Made by a program: the position numbers and the translations under genes. From Bacilli bacterium (lineage in GTDB: Bacteria; Bacillota_I; Bacilli_A; RF39; UBA660), in contig JBKDZP010000004.1 of the NCBI GenBank assembly GCA_047971315.1, positions 5,466 to 69,465 of the forward strand: a stretch of DNA of 64,000 bases, in the 5' to 3' direction. Below the pieces are notes generated by a model. The model made no database searches. It was not told where the DNA came from and was given only the letters and a program-made list of their open reading frames with translations. This document shows positions 37,852-47,975 of the stretch, one piece after another; positions within the stretch are counted from its first letter, which is position 1, and each line of letters starts with the position of its first letter.

Positions 37852-39576
37852 ATGAATATATTAGAAGAGTTAAATAAAAAAGGTGTTACTTTAAACATTA
37901 GGTACTGTGGAGCTGATGATATGTTAACTGGGTTTATGGCAAAAGAATTGCTAGAAAATCAAGATGATATTTTAAAGCATTATCAACATAATAAAATTGA
38001 TAATGTTAATGAATATATAGATTATATATTTTTAGAAATATTAATGAAATTTTTTGAAATTGTACCACTAATCATTATTGAAGAAAAAAGAGAATCATTT
38101 AAGCAATTTTTAGATAAATGTAAAATAGTATATGACAAATATATAAAGAAAGACGTTATATTTTTTATAAAAAACCATTATTTAGATATTTATAGTTATA
38201 AAGATAATGAAGACAGCAGTTTATTTTTAGAACTTGATTTAAAAGATTATACTTCTATTTTTATTGGTATGAATTTTAATTCATTTTCTATAACAATAAT
38301 TGATTATGTTATTACAATTGCAACTTTTGATGTTATAGATAGTTTTGAAATTTGGGGAAAATATTTTTATAAAAATCCTAATCAACTAAACAATCTTTTT
38401 AATGAAGAAAATATTAAAAAAGTTTTTAACATGAGGTTTTCAGAAGTTAGTGATATTCTAGAAGCTTTAAAACCGAATAAAAAGTTTTCGACTATAATTT
38501 CTAATACAATTGATATTATATATGGAATAGTGAAGGAAAACTACTTTAATCCGAAAGACGACACAGGAATTTGGCAAAGTTATTATATGTTAAATGATAC
38601 ATTAGTCTTTTTAAAAAAAATGAACTCAACTTATATTTACGAGCTTGAAAAAGAATTATATCAAATAGAAATAAAGTTTAATGAAAATTTAATGAAAACA
38701 GGTTACACAAGTACTTTTGAGTACAACTTAAAACCATTTGTAGAGTTTTTTGAAAACAAAACCAGTCCATGGGAAGTTAGGATTGTTTACTTAACCCATT
38801 TTCAAGATAAAGAAGGTAATTTATGTAGTTTTTTAGAACATGGTGCTAAATCTAATATAAAAGCTTTGAGCGATGAAATTGCTAGAAAAAATCCTGGAAC
38901 TGATGACTATTTTACTAGTTGGAGGTTAAGGAATTTATCATTACAGATATTTGAAATAAAAGCACGCATAATGTCTATATTTCAAAAAAAAGAAAATGTT
39001 AGTGAATATATTTCTGATATATATGGTGAGTTAAAGTATATTTGTGAAAATAACAATACTACAATGGAACTAGAAGAATTAACTGATAATGTGGAGATGC
39101 TATCACAATATTTAGCTGATTTGTTTATTAATTTATCGACCGAGAAATCTACAGAAATGACAATAAAAAATACTATTTATGGATGTTCAATCTTTGTATG
39201 TAGTTTAATAGAAAAAGTTCTTCGTATTATTTATAAAAATAGTTTAAGGGAAATATTATATATACCCGATTCTGGTATTACATTAGGTACATTACTTAAG
39301 GAAGAAGATAAAAATAATAGTATTATAATTGACATATTGGGTAAGGAGCAAATAAAGTGCCTTAGATATTTTTTACATAAAACTGAAAATGGAATTGGTG
39401 ATAATATAAGAAATGATTTGGCTCACTTAAATGGTAGAACTCCAAGACGGTTAAATTATGATTTAATTACTGAACTACTTTCATATTTAAGCTCTATACT
39501 AAATAGTTGCGTATTATATTATCAAAGACAAACAAATAATAAGTCAAAGGAGTTAGATTCTATTGAAAACAGCTAA
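37852..39576 (+). CDS. Large protein with a C-terminal HEPN (DUF4145-like, RN..AH motif) domain.
   Basis: 574 aa. The C-terminus GIGDNIRNDLAHLNGRTPRRL carries R-x4-H. It has its own promoter (TTTACA ... TGATATAAT at 37819-37827) and AAGGTGA ribosome-binding site. Confidence 0.45.
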   Translation: MNILEELNKKGVTLNIRYCGADDMLTGFMAKELLENQDDILKHYQHNKIDNVNEYIDYIFLEILMKFFEIVPLIIIEEKRESFKQFLDKCKIVYDKYIKKDVIFFIKNHYLDIYSYKDNEDSSLFLELDLKDYTSIFIGMNFNSFSITIIDYVITIATFDVIDSFEIWGKYFYKNPNQLNNLFNEENIKKVFNMRFSEVSDILEALKPNKKFSTIISNTIDIIYGIVKENYFNPKDDTGIWQSYYMLNDTLVFLKKMNSTYIYELEKELYQIEIKFNENLMKTGYTSTFEYNLKPFVEFFENKTSPWEVRIVYLTHFQDKEGNLCSFLEHGAKSNIKALSDEIARKNPGTDDYFTSWRLRNLSLQIFEIKARIMSIFQKKENVSEYISDIYGELKYICENNNTTMELEELTDNVEMLSQYLADLFINLSTEKSTEMTIKNTIYGCSIFVCSLIEKVLRIIYKNSLREILYIPDSGITLGTLLKEEDKNNSIIIDILGKEQIKCLRYFLHKTENGIGDNIRNDLAHLNGRTPRRLNYDLITELLSYLSSILNSCVLYYQRQTNNKSKELDSIENS

Positions 39577-40591
39577 TATAAGTAGAAACAATCATTTTGT
39601 TTCACAAATGTATCTTGATGCCTGGAAAAATACTAACAATAAAGTCATGGTGTATGATTTACTAGTTCCAAATGAAAGGGTACCAATATGGACTCCTAAG
39701 TCCACAAAAAGTGTTGGTAGTATGGATAGTTTATTCGTAAGACTTAAGCATGACAAAGAAATAGATGATATAGAAAAATGGTTTTCAACAGAATATGAAT
39801 ATCCTGCTAAGGATGTATTAGAAAAAGTGATTAATGAAGATAGAATTAGTGAAGAAGAATGGCATAAATTAATTGATTTTGTTGCTTGCCATATTGTTAG
39901 GTCACCATCATTTCTAATAAGAACTTTAGAAACAGCTAAAAAAGATTGTATTCCAATTTTTGAAGAGGAAGCCAAAGAAATTCCAGAAAAGATTAAAAAT
40001 AAAATTAAAAAATCGGTTGCAAAAAAAGATTACGATGATGAACTATTTCCATTAAAAGTAACCAATATTGGTGACGATGAAACTGGTGAAAATAGTTTAT
40101 ATAAAGTAGAGACAATATTTGGAAAGCAATTCTATTTGTGGATAATGAAACACTTGCTAGGAAACACATGTAAGATTTTACATAAGCATAAGTGGTCAAT
40201 TATAACAGTAGACGAAAAAGTAATTTTACCAACTAGTGACAATCCTGTTGCATGTATTAATTATAACGATGAAAATGATTATAATTTTGTTGGAGGTTGG
40301 GGACGCAAAAACAGTAATATTTTGTTTCCTATTTCACCAAATAAAATATTATATACACAGGTTGGCACTAAACGTATTCCAAGAATAAAAGCTACTTATG
40401 AAATGAGTCTAATATTCAAAAAAATTATAGTTGAAAATTCATATAAATGCATAATTTCAAATTTTAATGATGATGAAATTCCTAAGATAAAACCAAGAGT
40501 AGTAGATTTAAATATTTTTTTGGAGGAAAAAGAGAAATGGAAAGATTTTCAAAAAAATTATATTGAAAAAGAATCAGAATTTATAAAATAA
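39563..40591 (+). CDS. DUF4238-family protein (the family used by the single-gene Rst_DUF4238 anti-phage system), translationally coupled to the upstream HEPN gene.
   Basis: The N-terminus NNHFVSQMYLDAWKN matches the DUF4238 hallmark (HYVPQFYL.(N/R)F). It overlaps the upstream ORF by 14 nt. Confidence 0.5.
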   Translation: MKTANISRNNHFVSQMYLDAWKNTNNKVMVYDLLVPNERVPIWTPKSTKSVGSMDSLFVRLKHDKEIDDIEKWFSTEYEYPAKDVLEKVINEDRISEEEWHKLIDFVACHIVRSPSFLIRTLETAKKDCIPIFEEEAKEIPEKIKNKIKKSVAKKDYDDELFPLKVTNIGDDETGENSLYKVETIFGKQFYLWIMKHLLGNTCKILHKHKWSIITVDEKVILPTSDNPVACINYNDENDYNFVGGWGRKNSNILFPISPNKILYTQVGTKRIPRIKATYEMSLIFKKIIVENSYKCIISNFNDDEIPKIKPRVVDLNIFLEEKEKWKDFQKNYIEKESEFIK

Positions 40592-40611
40592 TTAATCAAT
40601 ATTATACAAAA

Positions 40612-40643
40612 AAAGATTTAATGGACTAATTCCTTAAATCTTT
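40612..40643. terminator. Bidirectional hairpin terminator between convergent genes.
   Basis: A perfect 10-bp stem AAAGATTTAA/TTAAATCTTT with a 12-nt loop, flanked by A/T runs. Confidence 0.45.
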
Positions 40644-41121
40644 TATAGTGCTCTTTAGACATTGTATTCATACCATATTCCCATCTTTTAATTGTTGTAT
40701 AGCTAACTTTCATTCTTTTTGCTAATTCAGTCTTACTAATATTTTCTTTTAATCGGTATTCTATTATTTTTTGAGAGGGATTATCTAAAAGAAAACCTAT
40801 ATATGTGTTTGACTTCTTTAGTGGTTCAGCATCTATTTTATCAATAATAGCTTGTACAAATTTTTTGTCATAGTATTTGATATTTTTATTATTTTCTACT
40901 GCCATTATTTTATCTCGAGATACATTTAATAAATCTGCTAACTCAGTTTGTTTTATATCATTTAGACGCCTATAATATTTAATCTTTTTACCTAATTCAC
41001 TTTGCTTATTAATAATTGGCAATTTCTTATTAGAATGAAGTTTATATGAATGATTTAGATTTACTTTATTTTTGATGTTTTTATATAGTACATGAATACC
41101 TAAATATAGTTCCATGAAGTT
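40618..41121 (-). CDS. Double-HTH XRE-family regulator at the right end of the element. The start is uncertain; the table ORF reads across the sigK junction.
   Basis: Two HTH_3 motifs (LGKKIKYYRRLNDIKQTELADLLNVSRDKI and IIEYRLKENISKTELAKRMKVSYTTIKRWEYG). Confidence 0.5.
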   Translation of the reverse strand, partial: NFMELYLGIHVLYKNIKNKVNLNHSYKLHSNKKLPIINKQSELGKKIKYYRRLNDIKQTELADLLNVSRDKIMAVENNKNIKYYDKKFVQAIIDKIDAEPLKKSNTYIGFLLDNPSQKIIEYRLKENISKTELAKRMKVSYTTIKRWEYGMNTMSKEHYKRFKELVH

Positions 41122-41124
41122 ATC

Positions 41125-41459
41125 ATTGCATTTTCTATACATCTAGCACAGTAAGTAGTTATTCTAGTACCATGTTGATATGAGTAACTATCTACTCCTT
41201 TAATTAATCCAATTGTTCCAATGCTTATTAAATCATCAGTATCTTCTTTTTTATATTCATATTTTTTAACTATATGAGCTACTAATCTTAAATTATGTTC
41301 TATAAGTTTATTTCTTGCTTCTAGATCACCTAGTTTAGCCTTTTTAACGCATTCTTCCTCCTCTTCTTTTGATAATGGATTTGGAAAAACATTATTTGAA
41401 TATGCTGCAGTAAAAAGATAAAAGTCTTTAAATAAATATCTAATTATTTTTAAAAACAA
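41125..41459 (-). CDS. sigK: 5' segment of the split sigK (spoIVCB-like: pro-sequence plus regions 1.2-2). The last residues of the ORF (MITSWNYI) are read-through into the element.
   Basis: [89 protein letters not shown] parallels B. subtilis SigK [90 protein letters not shown]. Confidence 0.8.
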
Positions 41460-41612
41460 AATAAAATCACACTCCTAAATAATATTACGTAATTCAATTT
41501 GTCCATTATGACTAATATATAAATTTATAAATATTATTTAAAATAAAAAAAAGAAAAGAAATTTTCTCTTTTAAATATATTACTTATAGTTTAAATCAAA
41601 TTAAAATAATTT

Positions 41613-41831
41613 TTAATCCATATATTTATTCATTGATTTCATCATTTGATTAACTTGTTTTTGACTAGGTGTTCTTCCCATTTGAGTCATCATTGCTTTA
41701 ATCATTTGCTCATTAATTGGAGGATTTTTCTTAATATATTTTTTCATATAGTTACGAGCTATAAAAAATCCAGCTGCTGCACCTGCGATAAATCCAATTA
41801 CTACTTTTAAAATATCCATTATTAATTCCAT
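41613..41831 (-). CDS. yneF: UPF0154 / YneF-family small membrane protein.
   Basis: [67 protein letters not shown] aligns with B. subtilis YneF (…[45 protein letters not shown]). Confidence 0.8.
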   Translation of the reverse strand: MELIMDILKVVIGFIAGAAAGFFIARNYMKKYIKKNPPINEQMIKAMMTQMGRTPSQKQVNQMMKSMNKYMD

Positions 41832-41865
41832 TATATCACCTCAATTCTTATTATATATTTTTTAA

Positions 41866-44361
41866 TTATATATTATCTAAAAAGTCATCTATTGTCATTA
41901 TTTTTTTATCGATTGATTCTAAAGAAATATTTTCTTTTTCAATAATTTTATCATCTATTTCACCATCTGTTAATTTTATAGTTTCAAATACATCAATTAT
42001 ATTTTCTTTACTTATATTACTTCCAGTACTATATCTATCCGTTATTGGTATTTCTGTTAATTTTAATTCTTGTATTTCATCTTTTGTTTGATAATTAATT
42101 ATTTCTTTATAATTTATTATAAATGAATTTAGTATATAATATGGATTTGTTTTTACTTCTCTAATAATTTGAATACCTTTTCTTGCTCTTGATGAATTTT
42201 CAAACTCGATTAATTTAATTCTTTTTGCTGTATTTTTTTTAGTTATTAATGTAATATATTCCATATCTTCACTAAATATGTGTCCATTAATTACATGATC
42301 ATTTTTTAATGAAATCGCTTTTACTCCAGCAGCTTTTACTCCAACTAGTGGTACCTCAGAAATTGGATATTTTAATCCATAACCATTATTAGTTATAATC
42401 ATAATATTTTCATCTTTTGAATAATTTATTGATACAACTAAATCATTATCTTTTAGTTTTATTGAAGAAAGTGGTTTTGAATATCTTTGAACTTTAAAAT
42501 CTTTCAATAAAGTTCTTTTTACCATACCATTTTTAGTAAATATTGTAATATTTTTATTGTCATCAAAATCATAAACTGGTATTGATGCAATAACATTTTC
42601 ATCTGCTTTTATACTAATTATATTACTTACATGTTTTCCTAGTTCTTTCCATTTTAAATCTGGTATCTCATAAACTGGAATATATAAATAATTTCCTAAG
42701 TCTGTAAAAATTAAAATTGTATCAAGAGTATTCATTTTATATTTTCCAATTACATGATCTGTTTCTTTTAATGTAGTTTCTTGTGTCTCATCATAACTTC
42801 TTGGAGAAACTCTTTTAATGTATCCTTCTTTTGTTACAACAACAATACAATCTTCTTTTGGAATCATTTGGGTTGTATCTATTTTTATTTCTAAAATTTC
42901 ATTTCTAATTTCTGTTTTTCTAGGTATTGCATATTCTTCTTTAACTTTTTTTAATTCATATTTCATTAATGATTTCATTTTTTCTTCATCACTTAATATT
43001 AATTCTAAAGCTTTTATTTGATTTTTTAACATTTCAAATTCTTCTTGTAATTCAGTTACATCAGTATTTGTTAGTCGATATAATTGTAATGATACAATTG
43101 CTTTTGCTTGCTTTTCAGTAAATTGATAGTCTTTTACTAAATTAATTTCAGCATCGCTTTTATTCTTACTAGCTCTAATTGTTTTAATTATTTCATCTAA
43201 AATTGATAAAGCCTTAATTAATCCTTCAATTATATGCATTCTTTCTTTTTTTACATCTAAATCAAATTGACATCTTCTTGTAATTATTTCCTTTTGATGA
43301 GTTATATATGAATCTAATATTTTTAATATTCCAACAGTCATTGGTCTACCATTAACTATAGCTACCATATTATAATTATAAGATATTTGTAGGTCAGTAT
43401 TTTTATATAAATAGTTAAGAATTAATTCTGTATCAGCATCTTTTCTTAAATTAATCGCTATTCTAGTTGGTTCTTCAAAATTTGATTCATCTAATACTTC
43501 TACAATACCCTCGATTTTTTTATCAATTCTTATTTCATCAATTTTTCTAACAAGTAATGCCTTATTAACATCAAATGGTATTTCATTTACAATAATACTA
43601 TTTTTACCTTTTTCAGTTACTATTTCTAGTTTTGCTCGAACTATTACTTTTCCTCTTCCACTTGTAAATGCATCAATGATTCCATTTTTACCTTCAACTA
43701 TTCCACCTGTTGGAAAATCTGGGCCTTTTACAATTTCTAAGATAGTTTCTAATTTAGAATTTGGACTATCAATTCTTTTTATTGTTGCATCTATAACTTC
43801 TCCTAGATTATGTGTTGGGATATTAGTTGCATATCCAGCACTTATACCATTTGATCCATTTACTAATAAATTAGGGTATTTAGCTGGTAAAACTATTGGT
43901 TCTTTTAAGGTATCATCGAAGTTCCATACCATTTCTACTGTATCTTTATCAATATCCGCTAATAATTCGGTACTTATTTTTGATAATCTAGCTTCAGTAT
44001 AACGCATAGCAGCTGCTCCATCACCATCTATTGAACCATTATTACCATGCATATCAATATAAGGTGTATTTTGTTTCCACCATTGACTCATTCTCACCAT
44101 GGCCTCATAAATACTAGAATCTCCATGGGGATGATAAGAACCCATTATATTACCAACTGCTTTTGCTGATTTTTTATATGCTTTATCATGGGTATTTCTA
44201 TCACGATACATTGCGTATAATATTCTTCTTTGAACTGGTTTTAATCCATCTCTAATATCTGGTAATGCTCTATCTTGAATAATTTCTTTGGAATATTTTG
44301 CGAATCTATCTCCCATTATTTCTTCTAGAGCAAAATCATATATTTTGTTTAATACATTCAT
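41866..44361 (-). CDS. parC: DNA topoisomerase IV subunit A (ParC).
   Basis: 831 aa. The type IIA A-subunit carries the catalytic AAMRYTEARL region. The C-terminal domain has no GyrA-box (QRRGGKG). It lies downstream of a ParE/GyrB-type gene and is not in an oriC context. Confidence 0.7.
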   Translation of the reverse strand: MNVLNKIYDFALEEIMGDRFAKYSKEIIQDRALPDIRDGLKPVQRRILYAMYRDRNTHDKAYKKSAKAVGNIMGSYHPHGDSSIYEAMVRMSQWWKQNTPYIDMHGNNGSIDGDGAAAMRYTEARLSKISTELLADIDKDTVEMVWNFDDTLKEPIVLPAKYPNLLVNGSNGISAGYATNIPTHNLGEVIDATIKRIDSPNSKLETILEIVKGPDFPTGGIVEGKNGIIDAFTSGRGKVIVRAKLEIVTEKGKNSIIVNEIPFDVNKALLVRKIDEIRIDKKIEGIVEVLDESNFEEPTRIAINLRKDADTELILNYLYKNTDLQISYNYNMVAIVNGRPMTVGILKILDSYITHQKEIITRRCQFDLDVKKERMHIIEGLIKALSILDEIIKTIRASKNKSDAEINLVKDYQFTEKQAKAIVSLQLYRLTNTDVTELQEEFEMLKNQIKALELILSDEEKMKSLMKYELKKVKEEYAIPRKTEIRNEILEIKIDTTQMIPKEDCIVVVTKEGYIKRVSPRSYDETQETTLKETDHVIGKYKMNTLDTILIFTDLGNYLYIPVYEIPDLKWKELGKHVSNIISIKADENVIASIPVYDFDDNKNITIFTKNGMVKRTLLKDFKVQRYSKPLSSIKLKDNDLVVSINYSKDENIMIITNNGYGLKYPISEVPLVGVKAAGVKAISLKNDHVINGHIFSEDMEYITLITKKNTAKRIKLIEFENSSRARKGIQIIREVKTNPYYILNSFIINYKEIINYQTKDEIQELKLTEIPITDRYSTGSNISKENIIDVFETIKLTDGEIDDKIIEKENISLESIDKKIMTIDDFLDNI

Positions 44362-44499
44362 AATCTCACCTTTTTTAATTATAACAAAAAATAGTTAATA
44401 ATGCAAAAAAAATATGGCAATCGCTTAAAAATTATCAATCGAATTAAAGAGTTAGTATTACCTTGAAAATAAGGTTTTCTATGTTTTTATCATTAAGCA

Positions 44500-45105
44500 T
44501 ATATCTTGTTAATTTTCTTTGTAAAGGCATATTCTCTCCAAATGTTTTATCTAAGCTTGTAAATTAAATACTATTTTTTTAATAATGATAAATTTGCTAA
44601 TGAATTTCTATTTCTAGAATGATCTTCATCTAAAATAACATCTAATCTTCAGTGTAATCCTCATTCTATATTATAATAGTCTTTTATTACATATTATAAT
44701 CTTTCAATTTGAATTGGATAATAAATTACATAATAGATGTCAGTTGTTTTTATCTTTGATACATTCTACATTATAACTTAAGAAATATTCTCTTGTCTCA
44801 CTTCTACCGCGATTTTTTCTATAGTTTTAGTATATTGTATTTCTTGATTCCCATATAAATTATTTTGTTTGTAAAAATATTTTTTTATGTTTTTTTGATT
44901 TCTTTTTGATTATCCTTTACCTTTAATACAAAATGACCATTTTTTGCAACACTTGTATTCATTATTTCTGTTTGAGTTCTTATTGAATCTATTGTTATAG
45001 TTGCTTCTTCTATATATATTAAAACTAATCGTTCAGGTATAGCAGTTATTTCATTTGATTTATCATTTACTCTTACCTGACCAATTGATAATCCACATCA
45101 CCTAG
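44500..45105 (-). pseudogene. 5'-truncated, frameshifted remnant of an ISAs1-family (H-repeat-associated) transposase.
   Basis: Minus-strand translation of ~44880-45105 gives LSIGQVRVNDKSNEITAIPERL...TIDSIRTQTEI...VLKVKDNQK, matching the ISAs1 core (LTLGQVKTDEKSNEITAIPELL...TIDAMGCQ...LALKGNQ). Downstream frames are broken by stops and shifts. Confidence 0.45.
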
Positions 45106-45900
45106 AAAAGCAGATAAAATATATGGTGGACAAAGTAATTCTCAAACATCATATCAATCAAATTTAGAACAAGAATATTTAAAACTAATTGAAAGACTAG
45201 CATTGCAAAAAATCAAAAATGATCTTCCATTTGAACCTCAATTAGATGCTGCATTTAGAAGGTTAACATCTTCGGGATTTGAAATTTCAAGAGATAAAAT
45301 AATGAGTGACATTCAAAAAGTAGTTGCAAAAAAAATATTGATTTAGAATTTAATAGTGATTATATTGAAACAAAAACTGCTGATAAAGTAGATTCTCAAA
45401 AATAAGTCGTAAAAATCAATTTAGAAAACATTTTTAATGGAGTTTCTGATATAGTTGCTGAAAAAGAAATTCAAAGTTCAAGAGATATACCAAGAGAACC
45501 TGTTATTCAAATTTCAAGCGATAACAAAGAAAAGTTATCTTAATTAAAAGTGAATAATAATATTCACCCAAATCAAAATGCCCATGAAGAATTAGAACAA
45601 TTGAAATAGGCTTCTCAACAGCCAAATGAACCAACATTTGTACATTTAGGAAACTTAACACAACAATCAGAAAATATTTGGGATGATTTAAATGGATTAG
45701 ATATAAACTCAAAAGAATTTTTAATTAGGTTTGAAAAATTAAATGAAATACAAATTGAAAGATTAGCTATATTATGTGCAAATAATTCACCTGAATTTGA
45801 TAATCAATTAAGCTTTGCAGTAAAAAATATTTTAAGTATAAACGATAAATTATGCTATGTAAGCGAACAACTTTTAAAAGATATTTATTTTTATTTTTAT
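45106..45900 (+). pseudogene. Decayed fragments of unknown plus-strand gene or genes (multiple frameshifts and in-frame stops).
   Basis: Short coding-like stretches (GQSNSQTSYQSNLEQEYLKLIERLALQKIKNDLPFEPQLDAAFRRLTSSGFEISRDKIMSDIQKVVAKKILI, then PREPVIQISSDNKEKLS, then ANNSPEFDNQLSFAVKNILSINDKLCYVSEQLLKDIYFYFYL) lie in different frames with intervening stops. Confidence 0.3.
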
Positions 45901-46067
45901 CTTTAATATTTAATATATTTCTAGTATAATCAGAGTAAGATATGTAATTAGTTCCTTTCAATGTTATTTTGACTAGTTCATTGTATCATAGGTTATCTGA
46001 CATGTCTTTTATTTATAAATAAAAATAGTATCAGTGATACCTCACCAACACTATTTATTATAGAATC

Positions 46068-47975
46068 CTATTTTACGTAATAATCTGATAGTGTAAAGTC
46101 AACGTTTTCTTCAATCCATTCTTTTCTTGGTTCTACTTTGTCCCCCATTAATACACTTACTCTTTTTTCTGCTAAAGCACCATCGGTTATATTTATTTTT
46201 ATTAAGCTTCTTTTTTCCGGATCCATAGTTGTTTCTCTAAGTTGAATAGCATCCATCTCTCCTAGTCCTTTATATCTTTGCGTTTGTGATGGTTTATTTT
46301 TAAATTTTTCAAGTATTTTTTTTCTTTCTTCTTCATCCCAAGCATAGTAAGATTCTTTTCCACTTGATATTTGATATAATGGTGGATTTGCTATATAAAG
46401 TTTGCCTGATTCTACAAGTGGCTTCATATATCTATAGAAAAATGTGATTAATAAAATTTGAATATGGGCTCCATCTACATCGGCATCTGTCATTATAATG
46501 ACTTTATCATAGTTGCAGTCTTTCACATCAAAATCAGTTCCCACACCAGCTCCAATTGTATGAATCATAGTATTTATTTCTTCATTCTTAAAGATTTCTT
46601 CCATTTTTGCTTTTTCAGTATTTAATACTTTTCCTCTAAGTGGTAAGATAGCTTGATATTTTTTATCTCTACCTAATTTTGCAGAACCACCTGCCGAGTC
46701 TCCTTCTACCAAAAATAGTTCATTTTTTGTTGTATCTTTACTTTGAGCTGGAGATAATTTTCCACTTAATGCTTGTTCTTTTTTATTTTTTGATTTACCA
46801 TTTCTTGCTTCATCTCTTGCTTTTCTAGCTGCCTCTGTTGCTTGTTTACTTTTAAGCATTTTATTTAAAATATTGGTAGCAATTTCCTTGTTTTCTTCTA
46901 AAAAGAATTGAAGTTTTTCATATGTAATACTCTCAACAATATTACGTGCTATTGGTGTTCCAAGTTTTCCTTTAGTTTGTCCTTCAAATTGAAGTAAATT
47001 TTCTGGAATTTGAAGACTTATTATTGCAGTTAAACCTTCTCTAGTATTTGGTCCTTCTAAATTAGTATCTTTTGCTTTTAGAAAATTATTATTTCTAGCA
47101 TAATCATTAAATACTCTTGTTAATGCAGTTTTAAATCCAACTTCATGAGTCCCACCATCATTTGTTTTAACATTATTCACAAATGAAATAATATTTTCTG
47201 AATAATTTTCAGTATATTGAAAAGCTATTTCTACATTAACTCCATCTTTCATTCCTTCAAATTGAACAACTTTATGAAGCTCATTTTTATCATCATTCAA
47301 ATATTCAATAAAAGCATTTAAACCATTTTCATAGTGAAAAATTTCTTTTTTATTATCTAAAATATCTTCAACTTCAATTGTTAATCCTTTAAGTAGAAAT
47401 GCACATTCTTGCATTCTTTCACATATTGTAGTGAATGAAAAATTAGTTGTGGAAAAGATATTATTATCTGGTAAAAATCTTACTTTTGTTCCGGTTTTTG
47501 AGGTTTTCTCTAATTTTTTTAGTGGAATTGAAAGTTTTCCACCATTTTCAAATTTAATAAAGTGTTCATATCCATCTTTTTTTATAATAACTTCTAGCCA
47601 TTGACTTAGGGCATTTACTACACTTGCCCCAACCCCATGTAATCCTCCAGATACTTTATATCCACCACTTTCAAATTTTCCACCAGCATGTAGTACTGTA
47701 TAAACTACTTCAGGAGTACTCATTCCACTTGAGTGTTTTCCAACTGGAACTCCTCTTCCTTCATCTTCAATACTAATACTATGGTCTTCATGTAGTATAA
47801 TTTTTATTTTTTTTCCATATCCATTTATTACTTCATCTATTCCATTATCTACAATTTCCCATACTAAGTGATGTAATCCTCTTTTGTCAGTTGATCCTAT
47901 ATACATTCCTGGTCTTTTTCTTACTGCTTCTAGACCTTCTAGTATTTTAATTGAACTTTCATCATAATTTGTCAT
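46068..47975 (-). CDS. parE: DNA topoisomerase IV subunit B (ParE).
   Basis: 635 aa. GHKL ATPase domain (EIVDNGIDE, GLHGVGASVVNALS), TOPRIM (EGDSAGGSAK, PLRGKVLN) and DxD (MTDADVDGAHI). Confidence 0.7.
   Translation of the reverse strand: MTNYDESSIKILEGLEAVRKRPGMYIGSTDKRGLHHLVWEIVDNGIDEVINGYGKKIKIILHEDHSISIEDEGRGVPVGKHSSGMSTPEVVYTVLHAGGKFESGGYKVSGGLHGVGASVVNALSQWLEVIIKKDGYEHFIKFENGGKLSIPLKKLEKTSKTGTKVRFLPDNNIFSTTNFSFTTICERMQECAFLLKGLTIEVEDILDNKKEIFHYENGLNAFIEYLNDDKNELHKVVQFEGMKDGVNVEIAFQYTENYSENIISFVNNVKTNDGGTHEVGFKTALTRVFNDYARNNNFLKAKDTNLEGPNTREGLTAIISLQIPENLLQFEGQTKGKLGTPIARNIVESITYEKLQFFLEENKEIATNILNKMLKSKQATEAARKARDEARNGKSKNKKEQALSGKLSPAQSKDTTKNELFLVEGDSAGGSAKLGRDKKYQAILPLRGKVLNTEKAKMEEIFKNEEINTMIHTIGAGVGTDFDVKDCNYDKVIIMTDADVDGAHIQILLITFFYRYMKPLVESGKLYIANPPLYQISSGKESYYAWDEEERKKILEKFKNKPSQTQRYKGLGEMDAIQLRETTMDPEKRSLIKINITDGALAEKRVSVLMGDKVEPRKEWIEENVDFTLSDYYVK

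Larger units (their letters stand above)
29225..41131. mobile_element. skin-like sigK intervening element of about 11.9 kb, with a recombinase at the left end and a defense-gene cargo.
   Basis: The sigK N-half (41125-41459) and C-half (28852-29232) lie on the same strand in the right order. The junction cores share ATAG[A/C]AAATG[C/A]AAT at 41125-41138 and 29219-29232. Joining them restores ...ARCIEN|EILMYF... in frame. Confidence 0.75.

Noticed and set aside
45503-45961. Small minus-strand ORFs 45503-45712 and 45767-45961 in the parE-parC spacer.
   Set aside because: They are embedded in a region full of frameshifted fragments, with no ribosome-binding site and low-complexity hydrophobic content. 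They are treated as part of the decayed region.
41866-47975. Calling the type IIA topoisomerase pair gyrB-gyrA.
   Set aside because: The A subunit lacks a GyrA-box (QRRGGKG) in its C-terminal domain. The locus is also not in the dnaA-dnaN-recF context. parE-parC is more consistent.
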